Shown: one piece after another, positions 51,898 through 64,000 of the stretch | Numbering within the stretch: position 1 is the stretch's first letter | Layout: each line of letters starts with the position of its first letter | Assembly: GCA_000165425.1 (NCBI GenBank) | Contig: CT868649.1 | Span: 310,001-374,000, forward strand | Length of the DNA stretch: 64,000 nt | From: Paramecium tetraurelia | Lineage: Eukaryota | Direction of reading: 5' to 3' | Notes under the pieces: model-generated | The model's input: only the letters and a program-made list of their open reading frames with translations | What the model was told of the DNA's origin: nothing | Databases searched by the model: none | Program-made: the position numbers and the translations under genes

Positions 51898-53515
51898 ATG
51901 GACAAAAAGGGCAACTTTGAAAGGTTAAGGCAGAAGTTGAAGAGTGATTTATTTAAGAACGAGTCTAACCAAAAACAGCATGCCGAAGAAATAATAAACT
52001 AGTGTCCGTAGATCTTGGACTATGTTCATTGCTCGAGTCAAAGTGAATTTAAAGAGGAGCCGACTCAATTGATAGATTATATCTCAAATCAGAAACATTT
52101 GGAGCAGATGAAGCATTCCTTCTAGAATTAATACTAAATAGGTAAGATATTAGGCGAAGGGGCACATGCTGTCGTTCGATAATGTTGGCAAATTACAAAT
52201 CCCGATGAAACCTATGCAGTCAAAATTACAAGGAATCCTGATCCCGAAATCACAGAGATTATGAAAGAAACTTTCCTTAATACAGTCTCCTTGAATCATC
52301 CTTACATCTGCAAAACCAATATGCTTTACATAGATCCTAATATGGAGTGTTCGTATCTCGTCATGGAATATTTGCCATATCCCAGTCTACAACAAATACT
52401 TAGGGAAAGATAGATTTTGGAATTTGAGGATGTCCGCTCTATTATGAGGCAATTATTTGAAGCGCTATCATATATTCACAAAGTCGGATTATGTCATAGA
52501 GATATTAAACCAGACAACATAGTATATGATAATGATTCAAACTCAATTAAAGTCATTGACTTTGGGGTTTCAAAAAGATTTCTTCTTACTGAAAAAAGCT
52601 GTAAAGACATTAAAAATAACCTTTTATGGACGGTTACTGGAACTATGCCATATCAAGCTCCAGAATTGTGGACAGGGTCGGGATACTCCAATAAAATTGA
52701 TATATGGGCAGCTGGAGTGGTTTGCTATCAGATGTTGTGTGGAAGACTACCTTTGGATTAAGAAAACTAAATGGAAAGTTTTTCTACTTAAACTGAATAT
52801 ACTGGCCATTTTCAGGAGGAATAGTTTATCAAACTCCCTCCTTTAATTATCGATTTCATCAAAAGAATATTAAAATGGAACCCAGACAAAAGAATTACAT
52901 CCTAAGGTATTCTCAATTTATAATTTAAAAGAGGCTCTCCTTCATCCTTGGCTTTATTAACCAAAGTTAATGCCTAAATATTACAAAGGAAAATCTAAGG
53001 ATGATATATTCTCTCGATCAAGTGACAAGCCTCTTTTGGCAATTGTTAGGTCTATGTAAGCTAATGTAAAAATATTTTAATAATCTGTTTCAAGTGTCAA
53101 CGAGAATTTCCTTGACAAAAACAATTTCAACAAAAATCATGGATAAATTATAATCGGTTTCAAAGAAACTAGTCAACAAATAAGAGAAAAATCCATTCAC
53201 TTTCAATAATCAATTCATTCTATGAATCTCAACAAATGCACTCTTAAACCTAACACAGAGGATGTCAAAGACTTCTTTGACATCATTAGTTATTGCGATA
53301 GTAATTCCTCATTTGAAGCTATTGAAGAGAAACAATAATTATAAGCCTAACAATAAAAATAGGCTTAACAATAATAACAACAATAAAAATAATCTTAATA
53401 ACAACAACAATAAAAAATTGGATTTTCTTAAAGGTTAGGAATTATCAAAGAAGAGCCAGAAACCCCTTTAGTAAACAATTTCATTCCTAATATTCATAAA
53501 CAAGTTGAAAGTTGA
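51898..53515 (+). CDS. Ser/Thr protein kinase (CAMK-like) with poly-Gln C-terminal tail
   Basis: LGEGAHAVV, YAVK, HRDIKPDN, DFG, GTMPYQAPE, DIWAAG. Confidence 0.92.
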
Positions 53516-54438
53516 TCAAAATTTAAATTTATATTATTATAATTTACAAAGCATATCATTAATTCATTTAAATAGTTTAAAAATTATATAAGCTAAATCT
53601 TTTTATAATTACCATAACCTTCAATTGATGTAAATATGTAATCAACCGATGAAATAAGTCAATTGTCTAAAGAATTATAAATTGTAACCTAATAGGATCC
53701 TAAAAATAGTTTAATATTATTAATAAAATTCTAAAAATATATTTCCATATATATTCTAAAATCTTCATTTATAATTGTTAAAGATTTGAAGATTTATTTT
53801 CGTAAATTTATAATAGTCTATTTTAAATAGCAGGTGTTACAGTATATATTATTCACTAGAAATTCTTAATATGTTAAATATTATTTTCCAATAGATTGCC
53901 AACTATATAATTTGTTAATTTCATAAAAATACCATGTACAAGTAAAGAATATCACTTATTGAATAACCTCTTATTTAAATAATATCAAAAGAAACAATTA
54001 GCTCACCTAAGAATTATAGTGATTTTTACTTGTATCAGTTCTTAGCATGGTTATATGGGATCTTTAGATTTATCACAGGTGTCTATTGCTTCAATAATTT
54101 AAAAAAAAAATCTTCTAAGATGTTATTAGGTAACCAATAAAAATGTTTTAATTTAGCTAAAGGTAGTGTAAAAGTCATATAACTAAACATATTATAAAAC
54201 CAAGTGTAAAATAAGCAATAATTTAAAAAAAAATATCTAAAAATTTTGAGATTTCATTAACTTTTCGAATAAGTCTAAAGAACTTGAAGTGAATAAGGAA
54301 ATAGACTGATGAATTCTTTAAAGAATGGTACTTTTTATCTTATAAGAATTATTATACAAATAAATTCTTTAATAAGATTGGAATAAAAGTGTGAGAGAAA
54401 AATAGCATAATTTAAAAATAATTTTTTAAATAAATACA

Positions 54439-54825
54439 ATGTAATTCGTCGCTGCTTATGCTTTGTTAGTTTTGGGAGGAAAAGCTCAACCAAGTAAATC
54501 ATTTCACAATGAATATCTTAGCTGAGGCAGATATTAAGGGATTATTGGCTGAAGTAGGTGCTCAAGGAGCTGATGATTAAATCAAGGCAATTGTTGATGC
54601 ATTGAAAGGAAAGACTCTTGCTGATGTTATCAGTGAAGGATTGAAAAAAGTAGGCACTCTCTAATTGGGAGGAGGAGGTAGAAAATGAATCATAATTCTT
54701 AAGCTGCATCAAATGCTCCAGCTAAGGCCTAAGCTCCAGCTGCCGCCAAACAAGAGGCACCAAAGCCAGTTGAAAAGGCCCCAGAACCAGAAGAAGACGT
54801 TGATATGGGTGGTTTGTTTGACTGA
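54439..54825 (+). CDS. RPLP2: 60S acidic ribosomal protein P2
   Basis: MQFVAAYALLVLGG...LKGKTLADVISEG...EEDVDMGGLFD*; two introns. Confidence 0.96.
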
Positions 54826-54875
54826 TTATACATTTTAGTACATTCATATACATATATTAAATATTTTATCATAAA

Positions 54876-56194
54876 TCAATTAGCCTTTGTTGACAATATT
54901 GCTGGGACACTAACATTAGTGGATTGAGGCTTAGCATTATTATTATTATTATTGCTTCCATTGAAAGTATACCCTCCAAATTAAGCTAACAATCAATAAG
55001 TATGAATACCTTAGATCGAGTTCCTTCTTAAACTTAATACGCTTTCTGGGTCGATTTCATTGGCAGAATCTCTACGATTTTCACTTGCTATTTAAATCAT
55101 TTCATCATCCCTGGGAATATATGGGGCAGTTATTTATCTGTCTAACAACTTATCCCACGCATAATCCTTGAACCATTAATGGGCCTTAACTTCATCAGGG
55201 CCATTCACTCCTAATCTATTAGCCGGTTTTCTTTATATGAGCTTGCCCTTAATTACAAATAATACTTTATTAGCAAAATCTACTGCCTCCAATGACCATC
55301 CAGTGGGGATGTCATTATTTTTGATTTGGACTTATTTTGCTATGACTTGATCCCTAATTTCTTATCTACTTTTGCCTACATATGGTCTTTTTCCCATGAT
55401 GCATTCATAAACAATAACTCCAAGGGCATAATAATCGACTCCTACACCATGATTTTATCCTATTTAATTAGATTAAAATATGGAAATTCTTACTGCACAT
55501 CACTTCTGGAGCCATGTATCCAGGTGTGCCACTAGTGTCTTATGCATTTTCAGGTTTCCATTAACGAGCAATTCCCATATCAGTCAATTTTAAATACCCT
55601 TTATCATCAAAGACTAAATTTTCAGGTTTGACATCTCGATGGAGAATCCCATTCACATGAAGATATTCCAATGAGAGGATTATACAAACCACGAAGAATT
55701 CTATTTTGTTTAATTTTATGTACTCGTTTGCTCCTCTGTGAATTTCCTCTATTTACATAGATGGTATCTCAGATCTCCGCCTGTTAGTAAATCCATGACG
55801 AGATAGAGATTGTCTCGATCCTGGAATGCTGCTTACATATTAATAATGAAACTATTTTAAGGGATTGAGTTTACTTGTGTTTCAATTAACTAAGTAATTA
55901 TAATTCATTCATTACTGATTAAACACTTTTCTTTGCAATGATCCTATTTCAAATAGATAGATTAATTACTTAGCTTTTGACATTATTTTCATAGCATACA
56001 AACTTTTTGACTTTTTGTTCTCCACCATCCAGACCTAATTTCCTTTATTATTTTCTTTAATCTTACCTTTCCAAAACCTCCCTTGCCTATAACACTCTTC
56101 TGTGTGAAATTGGAGATGGAGATCACTAAAATAAGGCAACACTTATACCTGTTTAATCTTCTGACTCTGTTGATTTTAGTGTGCAATTTCCCAT
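54876..56194 (-). CDS. AGC-group Ser/Thr kinase with N-terminal MGNC acylation motif
   Basis: IGKGGFGKV, YAMK, DLLTGGDLRYH, HRDVKPEN, TDMGIAR, SGTPGYMAPE, NRLGVNGPDEVKAH; many tiny introns. Confidence 0.92.
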
Positions 56195-56207
56195 TTTTAA
56201 TTTATTA

Positions 56208-56729
56208 ATGACTACAACAGCTGAATTAACTAAATAACTATTAGAATATCATGGCTGCATTTATGAAGAGAATGTTGTTCATCAACTCAACGAGTATGCC
56301 AAAAAGCTCATGAAAACTATTTTGGATGGAGCTTCCAACTTGGCTGACATGCAGAAGAGATAAAACATCACCACTGAAGATATTAAGTTTATCATTCATA
56401 TATAAAATCCTAGAATAGCCTATGAATATCTATAAAATCCAACTATCAGTATGAATGACCTCATTCAAGTGGCTTCTGAAAAGAATTCTCAACAATTGAA
56501 TGATCAATTTAAAGATTAAACTAATTATGATGCCAGATTGCCCGCAAGTGAAACCAACAAACTTTTGAAACCCAATTTCTAAGTTATTGTTAAAACTCAA
56601 CCTGATTAAATACCCCTAGTTTAATAGTAAATGGAAATCGAAAAGAATCCCAATAAATAACAATAATAATAGTAAGCTCCAAAATTAGGAAGAAAAAAGA
56701 TGAATATCGAAATGGACGAGGATCAATGA
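56208..56729 (+). CDS. TAF9: TFIID/SAGA subunit TAF9-like histone-fold protein, 173 aa
   Basis: LLEYHGCIYEENVVHQLNEYAKKLMKTILDGASNLA..QKRQNITTEDIK...LIQVASEKNSQ...ARLP...LLKPNF parallels TAF9 (YEPRV..QMLEF..R...IL.DA..Y...A...N..PLP...RLPP...L..PNY). Confidence 0.75.
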
Positions 56730-56776
56730 CCTATATTATTATAAGCATCTGTTATTAATATTAAAAATTCACTTAA

Positions 56777-58116
56777 ATGGAATTTAATTAGGACGCCCTC
56801 AACTTTCTATTCAAACAATTATGTTCTCTCTCCTTACTCTCATAAAAAACTACTACCGAACTTAACGATATCTATCACCACCTCGCCATTCAGGAAGCGT
56901 CATTATAAAATCGATTTTTTCATCACTAGACCATCAATGAATCAGATTAGAAGTACCTACACTAACCAATTTTACTATAGATTAATCAATCGTTTTGTAG
57001 CCAGAATCTCAGAAGCCTACCAATTCATGTTAGCCAAAAGGTAAATAGCCAGATCCTAACATTCTAAATTTCTATTATCCATTAATCATTGTCAAACAAA
57101 AAAATTTGACAGCAAATAACTACTTCTGACTTCATTAATTTAAGCAGTCTATTAAGAATGCCGACTATAAATAGATTTAATATTAAATAAGCAACAGAAT
57201 GCTTAAAACTAAAGAGTAATACTCTATCAAATTTAAGATACACAGTCAAGAAAGCAACCATTAAGGAGAATAATTCCAGAATCAATTTTATTCATTAGAA
57301 GTTACAAATAAAAAATATATCCAAAATGAATGGTAAATTAATATCAAAGATAATAAAAAGTTGAACTATTTTTATACTAAAATCTTTCCAAAATAATATG
57401 AGGTCCTCGAATCAGCAGACAAGTATTCATTACAATATCTCTATAGGATTTAGGAAGAATAGATCCTATATTTTTAAAGCAGACAATAAAATAAGGACAG
57501 GATCTTCAAGCAACTTCTTTCATAAAACTAGCATATTTAACAATCTCTCAATTGGGCTCAAGATATTGATTTACTGAGTTACAATCGAAAAATAGAAACT
57601 AAATTAAAAAAATTAAAGCTTATCTAATTAACTACAAACCAATAATTATTGAATTAATCATCTTCTGTAAGGGCTTCTTAGCTATCAAATAAATCTATCA
57701 ATTAAAATAGTCCTGCCAGTCCTTTCAAAAGTATTAATAATTAAACAAAGATGCCTTAAATCATTCTCAAATAGAGAAGCATTTCTTAAAATATTCCATA
57801 GAGTGAATTCAGATTTAAAAATTCTATAATTCTATCAAATAATCAAAGGGAAGGTCTTTAATAATGCACAAATTAAAATTAAAAATAAATTTACAATGGG
57901 TAAGATAAGGAGGTATTGTTTGCTAAACTCATTGAAAAGTATAAATAAAATTATTAGTAACTTAATAACATAAGAGTTGAATTAGGACCAAAAAAATAGA
58001 TATGCTCAGTTCTTAAAAGTAAGCAATTAATTGATTTGATCCCAACACATAGTTCTAAATTAAAACCAAGAGTACCAACAAACCTTGTGTAATAAATACA
58101 TTCTATTGCTAATTGA
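56777..58116 (+). CDS. Hypothetical protein
   Basis: ATG 56777 MEFNQDALNFLFKQL; frame kept open by several small introns; exon structure and stop only approximate. Confidence 0.55.
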
Positions 58117-58325
58117 CTTTTATATATAAATGAATAAATAAAATTTAATATATCTCATCAATAATAAACATCTAGAACAAGTAAAATACGAAAATTTCTT
58201 ATTTCTCTCTCTTTTTATCATTAATTTATATAACCAATATGATGTTTTAGAGTTAATAAATTAAGATATAATATTTTATAAATATTTATATATGTAGAAA
58301 TCTAATATTTATAATTTACATTCAC

Positions 58326-59985
58326 TCACATATAATTAATTCTATCAATTTTAGATGGTAATATCTAAATCATCTCCTTGCACATCTGTAAAACAGCTTA
58401 AAATTCATTTTGTTAATTTTATTGGTTAATAAACTAAACTAGTTGTTTATATTAGTTTAGAGAATTCACTAAATATTACACTTTAATTTTGTTGTCCTTT
58501 GAAAAGAACTTAGACTAAGCCTTAGCAATGTTGAAATAAGCTGTAGTTATGGATGAATAATATGCTTAGTCTCTCTATTTCTCTTCAAGCAATTTCAATT
58601 ATTCAACTATTTTTTCATAATATTATATTGTATTGAGACAAGCTTTATTCATTTTTTCAGTTAACTTTTTACTTTTGCCTCCTTAGAAATCGTCAATTTC
58701 ATTAAATTTAACTAAAAACTCATACAATTCGTTATTGATTTCAGCAATTTCAACTAATAATTTTTCATATGTATTCTGATAAGCTTTTGGATTGATGGCA
58801 TTAAAAACAGGAAGTAGCAAATCTAATCTTTTTTCTAAATAGGCAATCACATTATTAGGATCAGGTTCAAGACTCATTATAACTTTATACATAATTGAGA
58901 TTTCACTAAGCATTTGAATGTGTTCTGTTACAAATCCATCTAAAACAAATATTGTCATGGCCTTTTTATATAAAGTATTAGATTATCTAAACAAGGACTT
59001 AATTTCATCAAATGTTTTACTTGGTTAGAATACCTAAAGTGATAAAAGTAAGAAATACTAATTATTTAACATTAACACCATCGAATGTAATGCTATATTT
59101 ATTAAATAGTTTAGGAAGACTGGGGTCATTCTATTAATTACTCTTAATACAGTCAACACAATAGGACATCATATCTCCGATTATTTTCCCTTAAGCCATT
59201 TGCAAAGTGGCGCGACTAGAATTAGAATAAATGAATACAGCTTTTTTCTTTTTCCTTCTGGGATGACTGCCTCACCGACTAAGAGAAGATAAAAAGCTTA
59301 GGCAAAGTTCCAAATACCTGAATAATACTCAGATAAAGATATGCAATTAATAACAAAATCTCTTAATTCGTAAGTTTTAGATTTGAATTATCTCAACATT
59401 GTCTATCCACAATAATAAGCAGCCTAAATTTATTATTCTGGTAATACTTTGTCTTTGATTCCAAGTTTTGTATATGCCTAGGCAATATAAAACAAGGTGA
59501 TTGTATAAAATTCTTAGGCTCTTTCAAATCCTCCTTGTATTTTTAAGGGTCTTTTTTCAAAGTCTCCTTTGGCTATTAAGTATTCCCCTAATCGTTCAGC
59601 TTTAGCCAATATGGCTAATCCAGTTTCATTGTCATCTAAATTGACTGCCAAGAATCCTAAGTGATTGTAGATTGATTGAATATAAGTCAGGTAATTTTCT
59701 ATATCTTCAATCTAAGAAAAGAGTTATAGTGATTTGCCCATATTCTTTCTAGCTAGATTGAATAGAAATTGTAAAATTACATTCTCCATTTTCTTCACAA
59801 TCTAGAAAATTTACTCCTAATTAGTAATGGATGATTGCTTATTGCAAAGGGTCTTATGTTTTTTGCAATAATTATTGTAATAAGGTTCTTGCTCTGTACT
59901 TATATAGAAAGGGCTATTCTTCAAGACTTGGAAACTTTTCTAAGTGTTCAACCTAAAAGAGTGTGCTTTCAAATTCGTATAGCAT
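58326..59985 (-). CDS. KIFBP: KIF-binding protein (KBP, TPR-like)
   Basis: EEQPFLYKYRARTLL, LGVNFLDCEE, YTITLFYIAQAY..LG..DKAAYYC, FVLDGFVTEHI, INPKAY, EMIQILPSKI. Confidence 0.88.
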
Positions 59986-60039
59986 ATTAATTGATTATTT
60001 TAAATATTTTATTGTAAATGTACACTTTATTATCTCTAC

Positions 60040-60722
60040 TCATTTCTTGGTTTCTTTAGCTTGCTTTCTCTTTTCCTTGACTCCCACGAATTTAGCATTA
60101 TACCAATCTTATCTTAATCTTCTGTAAACACTCTTAGCTCTTAATTCTTTTGAGATTACTGTGGCTTTCTCTCTCTTTGGAGTTCTTTAGAATGTGATTA
60201 CCTGAAAATAATTGATATAATAGATACTTCTGGATTAGTATTTTATGTCACTGGTTATGCTACAACATCATTTCCTGAGTCTTTAACAACTCCATTCTTT
60301 GGTTTGCCAGCCACTCTTGGGAATAAGACTAATTTAGATAAATAAGCCTTGATTCTCTTAACATTAACTGCCAATTCTTCTTAGTTATTGTTTCTTCTTC
60401 TGTGATCAACTGCAATTCCTACGGTTCTGGCGAATTAAGCATTAAGACCTGCTTCCTTCAATTCAATCAATGAGAATCCTCTTCCCAATTTCTATACTCC
60501 ATTGTATTTGATTGTTTATCCTCTTACGACTGGTCTAAGTAATTCAACTGGTCTTGGAGAAGCTCCTATTGAGGATTTAGATCATGATTATTTACTTAAT
60601 GCATTAGCTTATCTTCTTTATTATCTTCTTCTCTTGGCAGCTGGTTGATTGTAAAATGTCTTTACGAATCTTGTCCAGTGTTTTCTTAAATGGGCATTAG
60701 GGAGTTGTTAATTGTGCTTCAT
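60040..60722 (-). CDS. RPL13: 60S ribosomal protein L13 (eL13)
   Basis: MKHNQQLPNAHLRKHW..FVKTFYNQPAAK, SPRP..LLRPVV, GRGFSL.ELK.AG, GIAVDHRRRN; two introns. Confidence 0.97.
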
Positions 60723-61202
60723 TTTTAGAAAAAATTTAAAAAATAAATATAAGGATATTTAAAAATATATTAAATGACTCAAATGAGCATTTTATACATT
60801 TCTTATGTTTCAAAAAATCTGTATTTAATCTAATTAGCTATATAAGATTTTACTTCTTTATGATGATATTTATCTTCTTAAATAAAAGATGGTTATTAAT
60901 AACTAATTAGATCTTTATTGAAGTTTTTAGTCTCTATTTTTCTTAATTTATTTTAATTTCTTTACTTATAATATTCAAAGTTTGTTTTTATAATAAATAG
61001 CTATAATGTTAACTATTTGAGGAATAAATTGAACTAAATTCATTTAGAATTTAAAGATGAGATTGTTTCAGTGTGAAACTCAACAATAGAGTAGGATTAA
61101 ATTCAGAATGTATTCATTTAGAGCAAATTTAAAATTAATTTAGATCTCTAAAGGATATAAATATATGTGTGGATGTGTGTCTATTTTTATATTTTGAAAT
61201 AT

Positions 61203-62025
61203 TCAATCTTTAGCTGCTCTATAAATTTTATTGCAAGCATCTTCTAGAAGTCCTAGAAGGGATTCTTGAGATTCTTCTCTTAATTTTTTTTCTTCTTCTA
61301 TTTCGCTCTTGACTCTGGAAACAAGATCTTTAAGCATTTCAAAGATTGCTGCTTCTGATTCTTCTCTGAATTATTTTATTTAATCAGTACCTCAATTTTT
61401 TTTAATTTCCTAGACCCTCGTTCAATCGTTTAATTTCATCACCAGCTCTTCTCAGAGTACCATTATCGCTATCTTCCCTGTCTTAACCTTCAGTTTTAAC
61501 CATGTCATATAACTTAGGTAGATCATTTTCCAAAGATGTTGTAATATTTTCAATTTATTCTTATCTAATTTTTCCTTCAGTTTAGGTGTCTGACTTTAAA
61601 TAGACAACCTATTTAGAACAATTGATGATACTTTCTCATCCAAATATCCTTGTAATTTGAGATTTCCATCTTTTCTTAAAGCAATTTCTTATTCGAGTTT
61701 AGTTGTGATTCGACTTTCGAAAGCAGCAACTTCTCTCACTCTTTGTTCAAATTAGGTTTCAAAGGCATTGTTCTCCTCTTCGATTTATTTTTGAAGACGA
61801 ACTATTTCATCTTTCAGTGAGTGCTACATGATGTTAATACAATAATTTACAAGTTTCCTATTATAGGAAGTGATCGTGTCTTGCATTCTCTCTTCGACTC
61901 CTGTAATTCTTCCGCAAATATTATCAATTCTATGTGCTTTGGATGAATCATGTTATAATTAGATTGAGTTGAGCTTTTCAGAGATTTTAGCAAATCTTTC
62001 GTTGAAGGGTGTATTTGGATTCATT
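61203..62025 (-). CDS. SF-assemblin/beta-giardin-like striated (kinetodesmal) fibre protein
   Basis: ERFAKISEKL, coiled coil throughout, LENDLPKL, C-terminus EKKNREESQESLLGLLEDACNKI. Confidence 0.8.
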
Positions 62026-62577
62026 TTTATTAACAAATTTATTTAAGTATATTTATATTTATAGCTTAATACAGAAATAAACCTAATATAAAAATTAACT
62101 AAGATATTATTCATTATAATTAATTAACAAGCAAATAAGTTTTTTAATAAAGCTAAATTCTTATCTGTGCTCCTCATTTAATTTTAAAAGAATTAGCGAT
62201 TTCCCTTGCTTAATTTATTGAGGTGTTGTTACGAAGATCTATTATATTGGTCAGGCCAGAAACATATAAATACAAGAAGATAAAAGTTTAAATTATAAGT
62301 ATTTTATTAATTATTAATAATTTAATATTATAATATATTAATTGATTTATATTTAAAAAGAACTAAAAAAGTCCATTATACATTTAGACTAGCCTATCCT
62401 TTTCTAACTGTGTAAATAAACGCTAGTTGTATAATTATAATACAATATTTTTATATTAATGACGTAAAATTTTATTTCCTTTTTTTAAATTTATGATACC
62501 GAAATTAGTTACGACCCTTCTTAACTTAAATGTTTAATTTTTACCAAATAATATATATTTATTAATTATAAAACTCA

Positions 62578-63197
62578 ATGGACAATGTTAATAGAAGTGA
62601 AGAAAACATAGGTCTGCCAAATAGTTTTGACAATTTAAAGTATATCGTTAATTAACTAGTAAACAGGAAAAATAATCGACCTTCTCAGTATCAGAAAGTT
62701 GACGAGAATATTAGATAATAAATTATTGATTAAGCTTGTAACAAGGGATAGCCTCTAAGATAGGTATAATTACTATGAATTTTTCAGATATCCCAATAAC
62801 TTGGAATCAAATATTCAACTGCCAAAGCCATCGTCTAGGTGTACCAAAACGAAGGAAGGATAGGCAAAAAACGCAACAGAGATAAACGAATTTTCTAAGA
62901 AATTGAAACCTTTATGGTTGTTGTTCACAAACAATCAGGAAAAATTGATAAGCTGAAACACAAGTCAGAGTGCAGTGATTTAAAAAGCAATTTGGAATGT
63001 TCTAAAATGAAGTAATAGTTTAACTTAAACTTACAAGTCTTGAGAAAGCTCACTATTCCTAACTAGCTCAGTATTTTGAAAGATATAATCTTAAAGAAGT
63101 GAAGGTTCAACCAACACAGAATTAATCCTTACTGGACATTGTTCAAATATTAAATATGCAGTACTAATAATTTCTTAATGTTGCTTAATAAAAATGA
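62578..63197 (+). CDS. Small homeodomain-like / paired-type HTH protein
   Basis: YQKVDENIRQQIID...GQPLRQISQQLGIKYSTAKAIVQVYQNEGRIGKKRNR; two introns. Confidence 0.78.
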
Positions 63198-63639
63198 TGA
63201 TTAATTTATATATAAAATAAAAAATAAACTTTTATTCTGAATAAGGAAGTTTTGGCCTTGTTTGAATTTTCCCGCCTTTGATTATAATTATTTATTCATG
63301 TTATATCTTCTTTAAATATATATTAACTAATTAATATTTCATACAATATTTGTAATATATTAACATTATTAATCTATTTTATTATAAATATGAGCATTTG
63401 AAGAGTACAATATTATTATTAATTTAAATATTTAAAGTAAAGGAATAGAAATTTAGTTCATGTCCTTCTTAAAATTTTTGAATTATAATAAACCTTCAAA
63501 ATATAATTTAAACTGTTATCGATTAATATATTTTTAATTTTTTCCAAAATTATCGAATTCACTTATATTTTACAATAATAAATTAGCATTAATTTAAATT
63601 AAAAATTACTTTATTTATCAAGTGATATCTTTTTCATTT

Positions 63640-64000
63640 AATGAATCTGAGATTTAATGTATTTTTCTATTTTCTTTAAGCGATAGCTCAACCTAATTGA
63701 ATTAATTAAATTTCAGTTACAATTTAATAAATAATCGATTGAATTATGTGGGTACAAAATTATTACTTTATACAGCAACACTAAATTCTACAGGCTTGTG
63801 TTTTCTTTTTCAATATCCTCAATATCATTCAAATTATAGGATTAATATAGACTTTATTCCTTTATTGAAGTAATAGCTTCTTGAAATTTTTCTAAGGGAA
63901 ATTATCTAATATCAGATCGATTTGTTGTTTAATAAGGTTATTTATTTCTGCTGTAAAGACAGTGTTACAAAAATATGATTTGTTAAGCACTTTCTTAGTA
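63640..64000 (-). CDS. Probable 3' part of a gene entering from beyond the window edge
   Basis: Coding-like code-6 frame AEINNLIKTTNRSDIRQFPLEKFQEAITSIKEQ...DIEDIEKENTSLQNL; stop position uncertain. Confidence 0.4.

Noticed and set aside
53330..53415. CAA/TAA/TAG-rich repetitive tract; similar tracts near 7980-8010, 22786-22805 and 56650-56675
   Set aside because: Poly-Gln coding sequence under code 6, not a repeat array or a run of stop codons.
62578..63197. Autonomous Tc1/mariner transposon
   Set aside because: No DDE/DDD catalytic domain, terminal inverted repeats or target-site duplication; it has host-type introns.

Overview
Gene-dense, very AT-rich eukaryotic DNA with the hallmarks of a Paramecium-type ciliate macronuclear chromosome. 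TAA/TAG read as Gln and TGA is the only stop (genetic code 6), introns are tiny (about 20-33 nt, GT..AG), and many intergenic gaps are only 10-55 nt. The supplied standard-code ORF track therefore fragments nearly every gene, so I re-translated by eye. I find about 40 protein genes and one tRNA-Gly(TCC). Recognisable genes: hybrid histidine kinase, WDR24, PEX1, CDPK, Spinster-like MFS transporter, ankyrin-bromodomain protein, EF-hand proteins, two cNMP-binding proteins, arrestin-like protein, peroxisomal enoyl-CoA hydratase 2, DHHC acyltransferase, Trf4-like nucleotidyltransferase, PEX11, PGP-repeat ciliary protein, two more kinases, RPLP2, RPL13, TAF9, KIFBP and SF-assemblin. Most notable: (1) a secreted, intron-containing, apparently catalytically dead bacterial-type beta-lactamase/PBP-fold protein, a candidate horizontal transfer; (2) further probable pseudoenzymes (acyl-CoA oxidase-like, rhomboid, H-box-variant histidine kinase); (3) three head-to-head gene pairs with only 10-23 nt between start codons; (4) four peroxisome-related genes within 37 kb; (5) a Plasmodium BDP1-like ankyrin+bromodomain gene. 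Family calls come from remembered motifs, not database searches, and intron boundaries are manual.
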